From the IMG/VR virus record IMGVR_UViG_3300043409_001689, positions 1 to 56,588 of that record: a DNA stretch of 56,588 nucleotides. The stretch is one strand, 5' to 3'. Below the pieces are notes generated by a model. That model was not told where the DNA came from, searched no databases, and saw only the letters and a program-made list of their open reading frames with translations. The DNA comes from a virus. Taxonomy: Duplodnaviria > Caudoviricetes. The first letter of the stretch is position 1. The number at the start of each line of letters is the position of its first letter. This document shows positions 39,464 through 47,614 of the stretch, piece after piece. Made by a program: the position numbers and the translations under genes.

Positions 39464-40149
39464 ATGTAGGAGTGCCGCTTCTCTTGCTACTCTTAGGTAT
39501 CTTCTTTTTCTTCACTAAAGACTTTCCGACGACTTCCATAGGTGGATTAAATAGCGTAGGGGGGTTTTTATCGGACGTGGACAGCTTAAAGAATGCTGCG
39601 GACTATTGGCAAGCGGAAGCTTCTAAAAGCGACACGGTAATTATCAAAGTGCCTACATACGTCTATGTTGACCGTCCTATCTCAATTCCTATCCAAAAGA
39701 ATAAAGTCTTTCCAAAAGAAATAGACTTGAATGACTTTGACTTAGAAGACGTTTCAAAAGGCGATGAAGTGGTGGCAAGCGTTCCAGTAAAGACTACTGA
39801 AAAAGATTATGGAAGCTTCTTAGAACTTCCCTATGACTTTACCTTGAAGAATGAAGGAGTGTCTTTCGATGGACTTATTACGGCTGATTCTTTTACTATT
39901 AAGAATCTTCTTATCGCTTCGCCTTATGAAGTAATGCCTATTGTAAGTATTAAAGGAGACTATGAAAAAAGAAGCGTAGTGTTTAGGTATTCAAGCCCAT
40001 ATTTGAAAAACCTCAACATCTCCTACACGGAAAAAGATAGGCTAAGTGACAAGGGCTTAAAGAAAGTTAAAAGAAAAGCAGCTTTAAAAGGCACATTGAT
40101 AGGTGCTGGATTAGGGGCTTTGACTTATTTCATCATTCAAAGAAAGTAA
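39439..40149 (+). CDS. Putative spanin-like membrane protein
   Basis: N- and C-terminal hydrophobic segments, DTVII repeat, directly before the endolysin. Confidence 0.5.
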   Translation: MQKLRKLVNVGVPLLLLLLGIFFFFTKDFPTTSIGGLNSVGGFLSDVDSLKNAADYWQAEASKSDTVIIKVPTYVYVDRPISIPIQKNKVFPKEIDLNDFDLEDVSKGDEVVASVPVKTTEKDYGSFLELPYDFTLKNEGVSFDGLITADSFTIKNLLIASPYEVMPIVSIKGDYEKRSVVFRYSSPYLKNLNISYTEKDRLSDKGLKKVKRKAALKGTLIGAGLGALTYFIIQRK

Positions 40150-40872
40150 ATGAATCTAAGGCAAATTAAAGAGTTCCAATTTTTCCTAATAGGCTTAGGC
40201 TTATACAAAGGAAAGGCTGACGGCGAGATAGGACCAATGACTAAGGAAGCTATAAAAGCCTTCCAAAAGTCTAATGGGCTTCTTTCGGACGGTATCATCG
40301 GGTCTAAGACTATTGAAAAAGCTGTTGGGCTGGGATTTATGCGCGCGGAGTTTCCTTTGAAGCCTACAAATATTTGGTCATTAGATGCGAAACAAAGGGA
40401 AGCAAAGTTCGGAAAATTCAAATTTGAAGCGGGTCATTCTTTGACCGATAGAGATGCGGTCAATATAAAAGGTGATTGGGAAAACAAAAATATCGTTACC
40501 GTTCAAATTCCACAGCTTGAAGCAATCAAAGGAAGTGCTGCGGTGCGCTGCCATAAACTTGTAGCAAATCAACTTATAGGTTTATTTCAAGCCTTTGAAG
40601 ACAAAGGGCTTATGAAGTATATCTTAACATGGGATGGTATGTTTTACCCGAGGTTCATGCGAGGATATTATGGCAAATTGTCAAATCACTCATGGGGAAC
40701 TGCTTTTGATATTAATGTCGAATGGAACGGAATGGGAACTACCCCCGCTTTAGTAGGCGAAAAAGGAAGTGTAAGGCTTTTGGTAGAGACTGCCTTAGAG
40801 TTCGGCTTTTACTGGGGTGGTTGGTTTGACCGAAAAGACGGGATGCACTTTGAGGTGTATAAGATAATTTAA
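40150..40872 (+). CDS. Endolysin: peptidoglycan-binding domain + M15 peptidase
   Basis: ADGEIGP.T..AIKAFQ..GL..DGI.G; SNHSWG.AFDIN; DGMHFE. Confidence 0.92.
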   Translation: MNLRQIKEFQFFLIGLGLYKGKADGEIGPMTKEAIKAFQKSNGLLSDGIIGSKTIEKAVGLGFMRAEFPLKPTNIWSLDAKQREAKFGKFKFEAGHSLTDRDAVNIKGDWENKNIVTVQIPQLEAIKGSAAVRCHKLVANQLIGLFQAFEDKGLMKYILTWDGMFYPRFMRGYYGKLSNHSWGTAFDINVEWNGMGTTPALVGEKGSVRLLVETALEFGFYWGGWFDRKDGMHFEVYKII

Positions 40873-40904
40873 ATTATTTTTTTTAACGAAAATTCTAAAA
40901 ATCT

Positions 40905-41366
40905 ATGAAAAATTTAATTGTTGGCTGTTTGATTTTTACAGCAACTATGCTTGGCGTAGGCTCTTTAAGCACCATACAGGCGCAAGCTTCTAATGAAGAT
41001 CTAAAGGCTGCCGTGGTTCAAGAACAAGTTCAAGACGGGGCTTTTGATATGGCTTATTTGGACTTTAGTACTCCCGAGACTTCTAAAAAGTCAATCGCTT
41101 TTTTGTTGTCTATCATCTTGACTATTGCAGTGGGCTATATCCCTGCGGTGAAGACTTGGGCTTCTAAGGGGCAAAACCGAAAAGCTATTAGAATAGCTTT
41201 AGCAGCTTTACCTATAGTGGCTACAAGTCTATTCTTTGGGGGCGGTTTTAATCTCAATGAGTTATTGCAAGCAATCTTCGGGGCGATTGGTTCGGCTATT
41301 TTCTTACACAATATTGCTATTAAGCCTTTTACTCCTACAAAAAAAGCCGCAAAGAGTGATGTATAG
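40905..41366 (+). CDS. Holin-like multi-TM protein with N-terminal signal sequence
   Basis: Signal-like N-terminus, three hydrophobic helices, basic C-terminus, follows the endolysin. Confidence 0.55.
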   Translation: MKNLIVGCLIFTATMLGVGSLSTIQAQASNEDLKAAVVQEQVQDGAFDMAYLDFSTPETSKKSIAFLLSIILTIAVGYIPAVKTWASKGQNRKAIRIALAALPIVATSLFFGGGFNLNELLQAIFGAIGSAIFLHNIAIKPFTPTKKAAKSDV

Positions 41367-41395
41367 TTTTTTAATTTTTGAATGATGTTTGTTGT

Positions 41396-41426
41396 GGCTG
41401 ACAGGAGCAATCTTGTCAGCCTTTTT
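41396..41426 (+). terminator. Intrinsic terminator
   Basis: ggctgacagga/tcttgtcagcc followed by a T-run. Confidence 0.75.
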
Positions 41427-41462
41427 ATTGTAAAATTCATTTAAGTAAATAAAAAATATTTG

Positions 41463-41490
41463 TTTGACTGGATTCATTTACTTATGTTTG
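41463..41490 (+). promoter_or_regulatory. Bacteroidota primary-sigma promoter
   Basis: TTTG...TATGTTTG; spacer (16 nt) is shorter than in the other promoters. Confidence 0.55.
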
Positions 41491-41519
41491 CAGTCAATTA
41501 ACGAAAATTCAATAATCCA

Positions 41520-42014
41520 ATGAAGGGAATGAGAATCCAAGACTTGCCGATGCGCGCGCAAGTCCAAATACAACAGCAATTACATAATGAGAAAAATATA
41601 CAATCTTCCAAAACAAAGTCATTAACGAAAGTTCTACAAGATGAAAAGGAAAACGATAGAAGTTTCTTTTTCCTTAGAGCCTGTCAAGCAGAAGGCTTAT
41701 TTCCCATAAAAGAATTTAAGTTTGCAAAAGAAGCCACTAAAAGATTGTGGCGTTCTGATTATTATTTTGAACAAGAGGGGATTCGGGTAGCGGTGGAACA
41801 AGAAGGTGGAACAATGACGAATGGTCGCCACAATAGAGGAAAAGGCTATGAAGAAGACATGAAGAAATACAACTTCTATCAAAGTCACGGAATAATCCTT
41901 CTGAGATTTACGACAAAACAAATATCGTTTTTTCCTGTTCAGATAGCGAAAATTGTTAAATCTGCGTTACTAAGTGAAGATTTTACGTCTTTACTATTGG
42001 AATTATACAAATAG
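41520..42014 (+). CDS. PD-(D/E)XK (Vsr/DUF559-like) endonuclease
   Basis: EFKF...RLWR.DY...VAVE.EGG...GRH.R..GY..D..KYN. Confidence 0.8.
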   Translation: MKGMRIQDLPMRAQVQIQQQLHNEKNIQSSKTKSLTKVLQDEKENDRSFFFLRACQAEGLFPIKEFKFAKEATKRLWRSDYYFEQEGIRVAVEQEGGTMTNGRHNRGKGYEEDMKKYNFYQSHGIILLRFTTKQISFFPVQIAKIVKSALLSEDFTSLLLELYK

Positions 42015-42026
42015 TTTTTATATTTG
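41997..42026 (+). promoter_or_regulatory. Bacteroidota primary-sigma promoter
   Basis: TTG-19nt-TATATTTG. Confidence 0.65.
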
Positions 42027-42029
42027 CAT

Positions 42030-42177
42030 AATATTGATATATGTCAATTATAATAGCTTTCCTAAGATTAAGCTATTTCTAAGATAAAAACTTCTCTTTC
42101 TCTCTCCTTTACTGGATAGGATTTAGAATTTTCGTTAAAATTTTGCTGAAGCCTATCTAACAAGATAGGCTTTTTTT
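42030..42177 (+). ncRNA. Putative small RNA 2, antisense to the genome-wide leader motif
   Basis: Promoter, ORF-free hairpins, CU tract, AGAATTTTCGTTAA, terminator. Confidence 0.55.
42149..42177 (+). terminator. Intrinsic terminator
   Basis: aagcctatct-aaca-agataggc-ttttttt. Confidence 0.8.
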
Positions 42178-42215
42178 ATGTAGGTTATGGATGAACAAAA
42201 TAACATTTAAGTAAA

Positions 42216-42827
42216 ATGCAAATTATCATTCATAATCCAAACTCCCTGCCTACGGCTGACTATCGTTCCCTTATTCCCATTCAAGGAAACCTAAAAGACC
42301 TAAAAGAAAAGAATTACAAGAAACTAAAGAAGTCTTTTGAAAGGTACGGCTTCAAGATTCCTTTTTTCGTATGGATTCCTACGGAGTCTGAAAGCGTCAT
42401 GGTGGACGGGGAAGACTTTGAAATAGAAGCGGGTAAGATGTACTTGCTTGACGGGCATCAAAGGCATCGTCTTTTGAATACTGAGGGGTGTACGCCTTAC
42501 GAACTTCCGTATGTGCTTATAGAAGCGGAAAACTTCTTGAAAGCAAAAGAAATGATACTTGTCATAAGTTCTCAATACGGAACTATGACAAGGGAAGGCT
42601 TGGATAGCTTCGGAATTGAGCAAGACTTCTTTGAAGATTTCGTGAACTTTGATGCTATTGTGGATTTTGGGATAGGAGAAGAAGAAGAAGGGGAAGATAA
42701 GGAATCAAGCATGAGTCTTGACACTTTTTATAAAATAGAAGTGTCTTTAGAAAGTGAAAGCGAACAAGAAAAATTATTTAATGAACTTCAAAATCAAGGT
42801 TATCAATGCAAAGTTTTAACATTATAA
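42216..42827 (+). CDS. ParB/Srx-like N-terminal domain protein
   Basis: KL..S...YGF..P, LLDGHQR motif. Confidence 0.8.
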   Translation: MQIIIHNPNSLPTADYRSLIPIQGNLKDLKEKNYKKLKKSFERYGFKIPFFVWIPTESESVMVDGEDFEIEAGKMYLLDGHQRHRLLNTEGCTPYELPYVLIEAENFLKAKEMILVISSQYGTMTREGLDSFGIEQDFFEDFVNFDAIVDFGIGEEEEGEDKESSMSLDTFYKIEVSLESESEQEKLFNELQNQGYQCKVLTL

Positions 42828-43492
42828 GAAAAACTAAGCCAAGCAATTCTTTTAGAGTTGCATCAGTAATGGGAAGTTTTGACCTTCAAGACATCAACAT
42901 AGAAGAAAGATTTGAAGGGGCTTTTGATTTTCCTAATAATTGGCAAATAGGGGCTGTTATTGGCAATAGCGGAACTGGAAAGACTACAATAGCTAAAGAG
43001 TTATTTCAAGATGCTTTTGTCACTAATTTTGAATACACAAAAGACAATATATTGGATGATATGCCTATGAAAGCATCAGTAGCAGAAATAACACAAATGT
43101 TTAATAGCGTAGGGTTTAGTTCTCCACCGTCTTGGCTAAAGCCTTACCAAGTCCTTTCAAATGGTCAAAAGATGCGCGTGGACCTTGCAAATGCTTTACT
43201 ACAAGATAAGGAATTGATTGTATTTGATGAATTTACGAGTGTAGTAGATAGGACTATTGCTCAAGTAGGAAGTTTTGCAGTGCAAAAATCAATAAGAAAA
43301 ACAAATAAAAAATTCATAGCGGTTTCTTGTCATTTTGATATTGTAGATTGGCTCATGCCCGATTGGGTTTTTAATACTAACGATATGACTTTTCAAGTTA
43401 TGTCAAAAAAAAAAGACCAAATTTACGAATCGAGATTTTCAAAACAAAAGATTCAAGAATTTGGAACTTGTTTGCTAAACACCACTATCTAA
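42806..43492 (+). CDS. Soluble ABC-type ATPase (N-part of an ATPase-GNAT protein)
   Basis: GNSGTGKT, LSNGQ, VFDEFTSVVDR, H-loop SCH. Confidence 0.88.
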   Translation: MQSFNIIRKTKPSNSFRVASVMGSFDLQDINIEERFEGAFDFPNNWQIGAVIGNSGTGKTTIAKELFQDAFVTNFEYTKDNILDDMPMKASVAEITQMFNSVGFSSPPSWLKPYQVLSNGQKMRVDLANALLQDKELIVFDEFTSVVDRTIAQVGSFAVQKSIRKTNKKFIAVSCHFDIVDWLMPDWVFNTNDMTFQVMSKKKDQIYESRFSKQKIQEFGTCLLNTTI

Positions 43493-43881
43493 ATCACAAG
43501 CTTAATCCTTCGTCTCAAATTTATGTGATGTTTTGCAATGATTTTCTTTGCGGATTTACAAGTGTTTTGCATTTCCCTCACCCTTCAAGCGATAAAATAA
43601 AAAGAGGGCATAGAACTGTAATTTTACCCGATTTCCAAGGAATAGGACTTGGCGTGTACCTTAGAGACTTTGTAGCTAATTTATACACTTCACAAGGCTT
43701 TCAATTTATAACTACTACATCTAACCCAGCATTAATTCATTCAATGAATAAGTCTAAAAAATGGAAATTAACTGCAAAAGGACGAACTCATTTTAAACCT
43801 AACAAGAATAATATGGAAGGCTTTAAAAAGACCGCTGCGGGAGCAAATAGAATAACAACTTCTTGGAAGTTTATTTGGTAG
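43405..43881 (+). CDS. GNAT acetyltransferase, probably entered by a -1 shift at the A10 run
   Basis: -1 frame KKRPNLRIEIF...W..FAKHHYL; RTVILPDFQGIGLG acetyl-CoA motif. Confidence 0.8.
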   Translation, partial: KKKRPNLRIEIFKTKDSRIWNLFAKHHYLNHKLNPSSQIYVMFCNDFLCGFTSVLHFPHPSSDKIKRGHRTVILPDFQGIGLGVYLRDFVANLYTSQGFQFITTTSNPALIHSMNKSKKWKLTAKGRTHFKPNKNNMEGFKKTAAGANRITTSWKFIW

Positions 43882-43923
43882 TAAAGCGGAACGGACTTGT
43901 GGAGACTGACAAATGGATATAAG

Positions 43924-43954
43924 AAAAGCCCTTGAATCACTTCAAGGGCTTTTT
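43924..43954. terminator. Bidirectional terminator between the genome arms
   Basis: aaaagcccttgaa/ttcaagggcttttt. Confidence 0.85.
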
Positions 43955-43960
43955 GCTTTT

Positions 43961-44173
43961 TTAGAACTCGCTAATAAAGCTTTCTAACTTCTCTTTTTCT
44001 TCACTTTCTTTTTTTATTCTCGCCCACATATTTCTTGTATTCATTTCGTTTGTGTGAAACGATTTATACTGAGCAAATGTAGGATAAGTCATAGGCGAAT
44101 TTAGAACGTCATTGGCATTATCTATTGACGTTTGATAATGTATAACTTTTTTTTCATATTCTTTAATATCCAT
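43961..44173 (-). CDS. Hypothetical protein
   Basis: 70-aa ORF overlapping the upstream stop. Confidence 0.55.
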   Translation of the reverse strand: MDIKEYEKKVIHYQTSIDNANDVLNSPMTYPTFAQYKSFHTNEMNTRNMWARIKKESEEKEKLESFISEF

Positions 44174-45026
44174 TTGTTGATGCTTTTAATTGTTTGAAAT
44201 AATCAGCTATAAACCTTGCGGAATAGCCTTTAAACAACTCCATGCCATCTACTGGCAACGGGTAAAGGGTAAACTTCTTTTCGTTCATATCCCAATGAAT
44301 AATCCCCCCACCTTTGAACGTGTATTTTGAAAGGTCTATCCAAGTATCATTATACTTGAAGCCACCTGTTTTTAGAAAGCATAACCAAGAACATACTACT
44401 TGGAAAAAGTATTGGTTTTGATTACAATCATCGTAATTACGCATTTGACCAAGCAACTTCTTTCCATTAAACCCTTGCTTATCTATTTTCTTATCCGCTT
44501 TCACGTCAAAGAAATATAGTTCCTTCTTGACTTCATCAATAACTGCCAAGTCTCCTTTTGTAGCAAACCCAAAACCCGAAGGCTTCCCGTCAATATTTAC
44601 GGTACAACTGCATAAGTATTGGGTAAAACACCTGGTTCCGATTCTGTCAATGAACTTAGAAAACTTTAAGAACTCGCTTGCAATATTTATACAGTCATTT
44701 TCCGTAAAGCTATTATACTTCGTGTATTTTTCAATAAGCTTTGTAGGCTCTAATTGAATACCGCTAAGCATTTTATCCGTGATTTCATCTACAAGTTCCC
44801 CGCGCTCTCTTCCGCCAGCCCATTCGTCTTCAATAACTTGCAAGGGAACTCCTCGACGCTCTGCAAGAGTTTTCTTGATAGCATCAAAGTCAGCATCACT
44901 TAAAGTTTTCTTGATAGCTGACACGGACTTGTACTTAGTCTTTGAACCGTCCGTAAAGAATTGATACTTGCCAGTATCTTTTAATTCTATTCGGAGGTGT
45001 GCTGGAACTGTTTGGGTTTCTTGCAT
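44163..45026 (-). CDS. PD-(D/E)XK exonuclease (recombination)
   Basis: SVS, RG..V, GDL...FDVK, Y.FQ motifs; adjacent to an SSB-like gene. Confidence 0.7.
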   Translation of the reverse strand: MQETQTVPAHLRIELKDTGKYQFFTDGSKTKYKSVSAIKKTLSDADFDAIKKTLAERRGVPLQVIEDEWAGGRERGELVDEITDKMLSGIQLEPTKLIEKYTKYNSFTENDCINIASEFLKFSKFIDRIGTRCFTQYLCSCTVNIDGKPSGFGFATKGDLAVIDEVKKELYFFDVKADKKIDKQGFNGKKLLGQMRNYDDCNQNQYFFQVVCSWLCFLKTGGFKYNDTWIDLSKYTFKGGGIIHWDMNEKKFTLYPLPVDGMELFKGYSARFIADYFKQLKASTNGY

Positions 45027-45123
45027 GGATTTTTAGAATTTTCGTTAGAACTAAAACAAACATACACCCAAGAATTTTTAGGCTCAAGGGTGCTGTCATT
45101 ATTTAACGCTTTTTAACACCAAA

Positions 45124-46068
45124 TTAAAACGGCAAATCTTGGTCAGTCTCATCTAACGTATTGTTAAAGTCGTCTCCTTCGGGAATCAAGTACCAATACT
45201 TCGGAAGAATTTTCAAAGAAAATTCAGAATGAGTAATTCCATAAGGCTTGCCAAGAAGCGTGAAAGATACATGGGTAGCTGTAACACTTGTAATAGATAA
45301 AAGCACATTATCTTGCTTCCGCAAGAACTCGTCACCACCTACCAAAGTAGAAATTTCATGCGCTTGCATATCTCTTGCCTTTCTTTCAACTTCTCTACCT
45401 TGAGGTTGTGTAGGGGCTTGCGGAATGGCTGATTGAACAGAAGGTTGAGTAGCTACGCTTGGCGTAGGAACTGGAACACCCATAGCTTTTTGCCATTCGG
45501 GGCTTTGCTGGATTTTATCTCTAATACCTTGCGGTAGGCTTTCAAAAGCAGCCATAGCCTTATCGTGATTAGCAGTCTTTAGGTCGTCTATCGTAAATTC
45601 TACCAAAGGGTGAAAGACCGAAGGCTTTTGCATACCTTTTGCAAGGGGCATGACAGACTTTATTTTATCATAAGTCTTTCCCGAAGACTTTGACAGCTCG
45701 TGAATAACAGAGACTTGAATAGAATGACCGAGGACTTTTGTAATGTCAACCGAATCTACCTCTTGTTCGGTATAAACTTTGCCGCGGGCTTCTTCCAAGA
45801 AAGTGCGAAGATTAGACTTGGTTTTTCCTCCCATAGTCATGTTGAAGTCCTTCCAAATAGTTTGGGGAACTTGCTTTCCCTCAAACTCCATCATTTCATA
45901 AGGAAGTTCAAAGCAAAATTTTACGATTCTTTGGGGCTTGGATATTCCTTGCCATTCATTAGGTTGAGTTCCAATGTCAACCATTTTGATAAATGTAGCC
46001 ACGTGCGAACCCGCAGGGGCAGGGGTGCGGTCATAACCGCCTTGTGATTTTCCGACAACTATTGCCAT
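45124..46068 (-). CDS. ssDNA-binding/annealing-type phage replication protein
   Basis: PAG.H.A....DIGTQ, KSNLR.FLE, acidic DLPF C-terminus. Confidence 0.7.
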   Translation of the reverse strand: MAIVVGKSQGGYDRTPAPAGSHVATFIKMVDIGTQPNEWQGISKPQRIVKFCFELPYEMMEFEGKQVPQTIWKDFNMTMGGKTKSNLRTFLEEARGKVYTEQEVDSVDITKVLGHSIQVSVIHELSKSSGKTYDKIKSVMPLAKGMQKPSVFHPLVEFTIDDLKTANHDKAMAAFESLPQGIRDKIQQSPEWQKAMGVPVPTPSVATQPSVQSAIPQAPTQPQGREVERKARDMQAHEISTLVGGDEFLRKQDNVLLSITSVTATHVSFTLLGKPYGITHSEFSLKILPKYWYLIPEGDDFNNTLDETDQDLPF

Positions 46069-46141
46069 TTTGATAACTTTTTACGCTCTTTTGATACCTT
46101 CTTAGGCTTTTTTGAGCAATTTAGAAATTTCGTTAATATCG

Positions 46142-46216
46142 TTGGCGTGATTGGAGTCGAACCAATACTTTCCCCATTGTAAAAATTGAGTGTGTTATCC
46201 ATTACACTACACGCCT
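46142..46216 (-). tRNA. tRNA-like element with aberrant anticodon arm (identity undetermined)
   Basis: GGCGTG/CACGCC acceptor, GTGT-AATGGATA-ACAC D arm, ATTGG-TTCGACT-CCAAT T arm. Confidence 0.7.
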
Positions 46217-46243
46217 TCCAAAAAAAACAAATTTACAGTACGC

Positions 46244-46405
46244 TTACGCAGCCTTTTCCAAAGCTACTTTAACTCTTTTAGAAGACTTCAAGGCTTTCTT
46301 CTTTGATTCTTTAGGCTTATTGAAGCCACGAGTGTAATTTACAACATCTTCGTAAGAAGGGGCTTGGTAGCCTTCTGATTCATAAGGATTTTCAAAATTC
46401 GGCAT
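46244..46405 (-). CDS. 53-aa basic peptide (not in ORF track)
   Basis: MPNFENPYES...KVALEKAA, preceded by a promoter (46451-46482) and the leader motif. Confidence 0.65.
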   Translation of the reverse strand: MPNFENPYESEGYQAPSYEDVVNYTRGFNKPKESKKKALKSSKRVKVALEKAA

Positions 46406-46469
46406 GATTCAAGGATTTTTGATGAATTTTCGTTAACCAATTAAGTGATACAAATGTATAAAAAAATAT

Positions 46470-46919
46470 CTAAAATTCCAAACTTTTGTTATATTTTTTT
46501 TCACTATCTACAAAGATTTTTTCAATATCCTTAAATAACCTTGAAACGCCTTCATTTATGACCTTTAGCACGTCTTTAGGCACGTCTTTTTCTTCGATGT
46601 ACTTACTATTCTTAGAAGCAAAAAGCACCGTAGAAGTTTTTTGATAAAGCTTTGCTTCGACGATTAATACAGACTTTACGGAAAAGAACGTAGAATCTTT
46701 GTCGGTAAGAAAACCATAAGCGGTGTAGCTGGTTCCGTAATTCTTACGAATTGCATCAATGATGCAATAGATAAGCTGTATTTCGCTATCCGTGTACTTT
46801 TGTCGTCCTCCAACGACGTTGAAGTGTCGGGAAGGTCTTTCAGTAGGGAAGCGGCTTCTGATAAATCTTGGGTCAGCCAATAGGCTTTCAACGGCTTGGC
46901 GTTGGGCTTGGATATTCAT
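46470..46919 (-). CDS. Hypothetical protein
   Basis: Leader motif directly upstream. Confidence 0.7.
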   Translation of the reverse strand: MNIQAQRQAVESLLADPRFIRSRFPTERPSRHFNVVGGRQKYTDSEIQLIYCIIDAIRKNYGTSYTAYGFLTDKDSTFFSVKSVLIVEAKLYQKTSTVLFASKNSKYIEEKDVPKDVLKVINEGVSRLFKDIEKIFVDSEKKYNKSLEF

Positions 46920-46958
46920 AATTAGAATTTTCGTTAAAGTAGTTGAAACAAATAATTT

Positions 46959-47594
46959 TTAGATAGACTTTAAAGTCTTTTCGTCAAACTTCAAAAGGTG
47001 AGCGGGGCAATGGACTTCGCCATGCTCGTTTGCGCTACTGACATCTACTTTTGTTCCTTTGTGAGGGCAAAAATATTCACCATTGGATTCTATCAAAGAC
47101 TTTCCGCAATAAGCGGAACGCAGTTTCATAAGCGGCTCCTTAGTTTCAAATGAAACTACCTTGCTTTCTTGATTACATTCAAAATGCTCCCAATTTGTAT
47201 GGGTGTTTTCAGCGCGGCACTTGGTCTTCTTATAGACCACTTCACCGTTAGAACGTCTTGGTTCATTTTTTTTGTAGAAGTCGGGGAATGTTGGGTCTTG
47301 CAATTCCCAAACAACATTTCCTATTTTGTGAATAGCTGTAAAGCACTCGCTTTTTTGCCTTAGTATAAGTAAAGGCATCATGAGGTCTTGCTGCTTTTTA
47401 CTCGTAAATCTATGGTCAACGTGCCAGTGCTTTGGGGCTTCGGGAAAAAACTCACGGTCTTCGTGAGTGTCACCAAGAATTGGCATGGCATCACCATTCA
47501 CCAAGACTACATGAGGAACTTGGTAGAACTTTCCAACGATGCATCGAGCGGGGGGATAGATTATTTTTGAATCTTTCATAGGCTTAGTTAACAT
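46959..47594 (-). CDS. Protein with C-terminal Rieske-like [2Fe-2S] motif
   Basis: CPHKG...CPAH ligand boxes. Confidence 0.7.
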   Translation of the reverse strand: MLTKPMKDSKIIYPPARCIVGKFYQVPHVVLVNGDAMPILGDTHEDREFFPEAPKHWHVDHRFTSKKQQDLMMPLLILRQKSECFTAIHKIGNVVWELQDPTFPDFYKKNEPRRSNGEVVYKKTKCRAENTHTNWEHFECNQESKVVSFETKEPLMKLRSAYCGKSLIESNGEYFCPHKGTKVDVSSANEHGEVHCPAHLLKFDEKTLKSI

Positions 47595-47614
47595 AGTAAA
47601 TACTATTGAGTTTT

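Noticed and set aside
42806-43492. ABC transporter
   Set aside because: No permease gene nearby; the ParB/GNAT context indicates a soluble ATPase.
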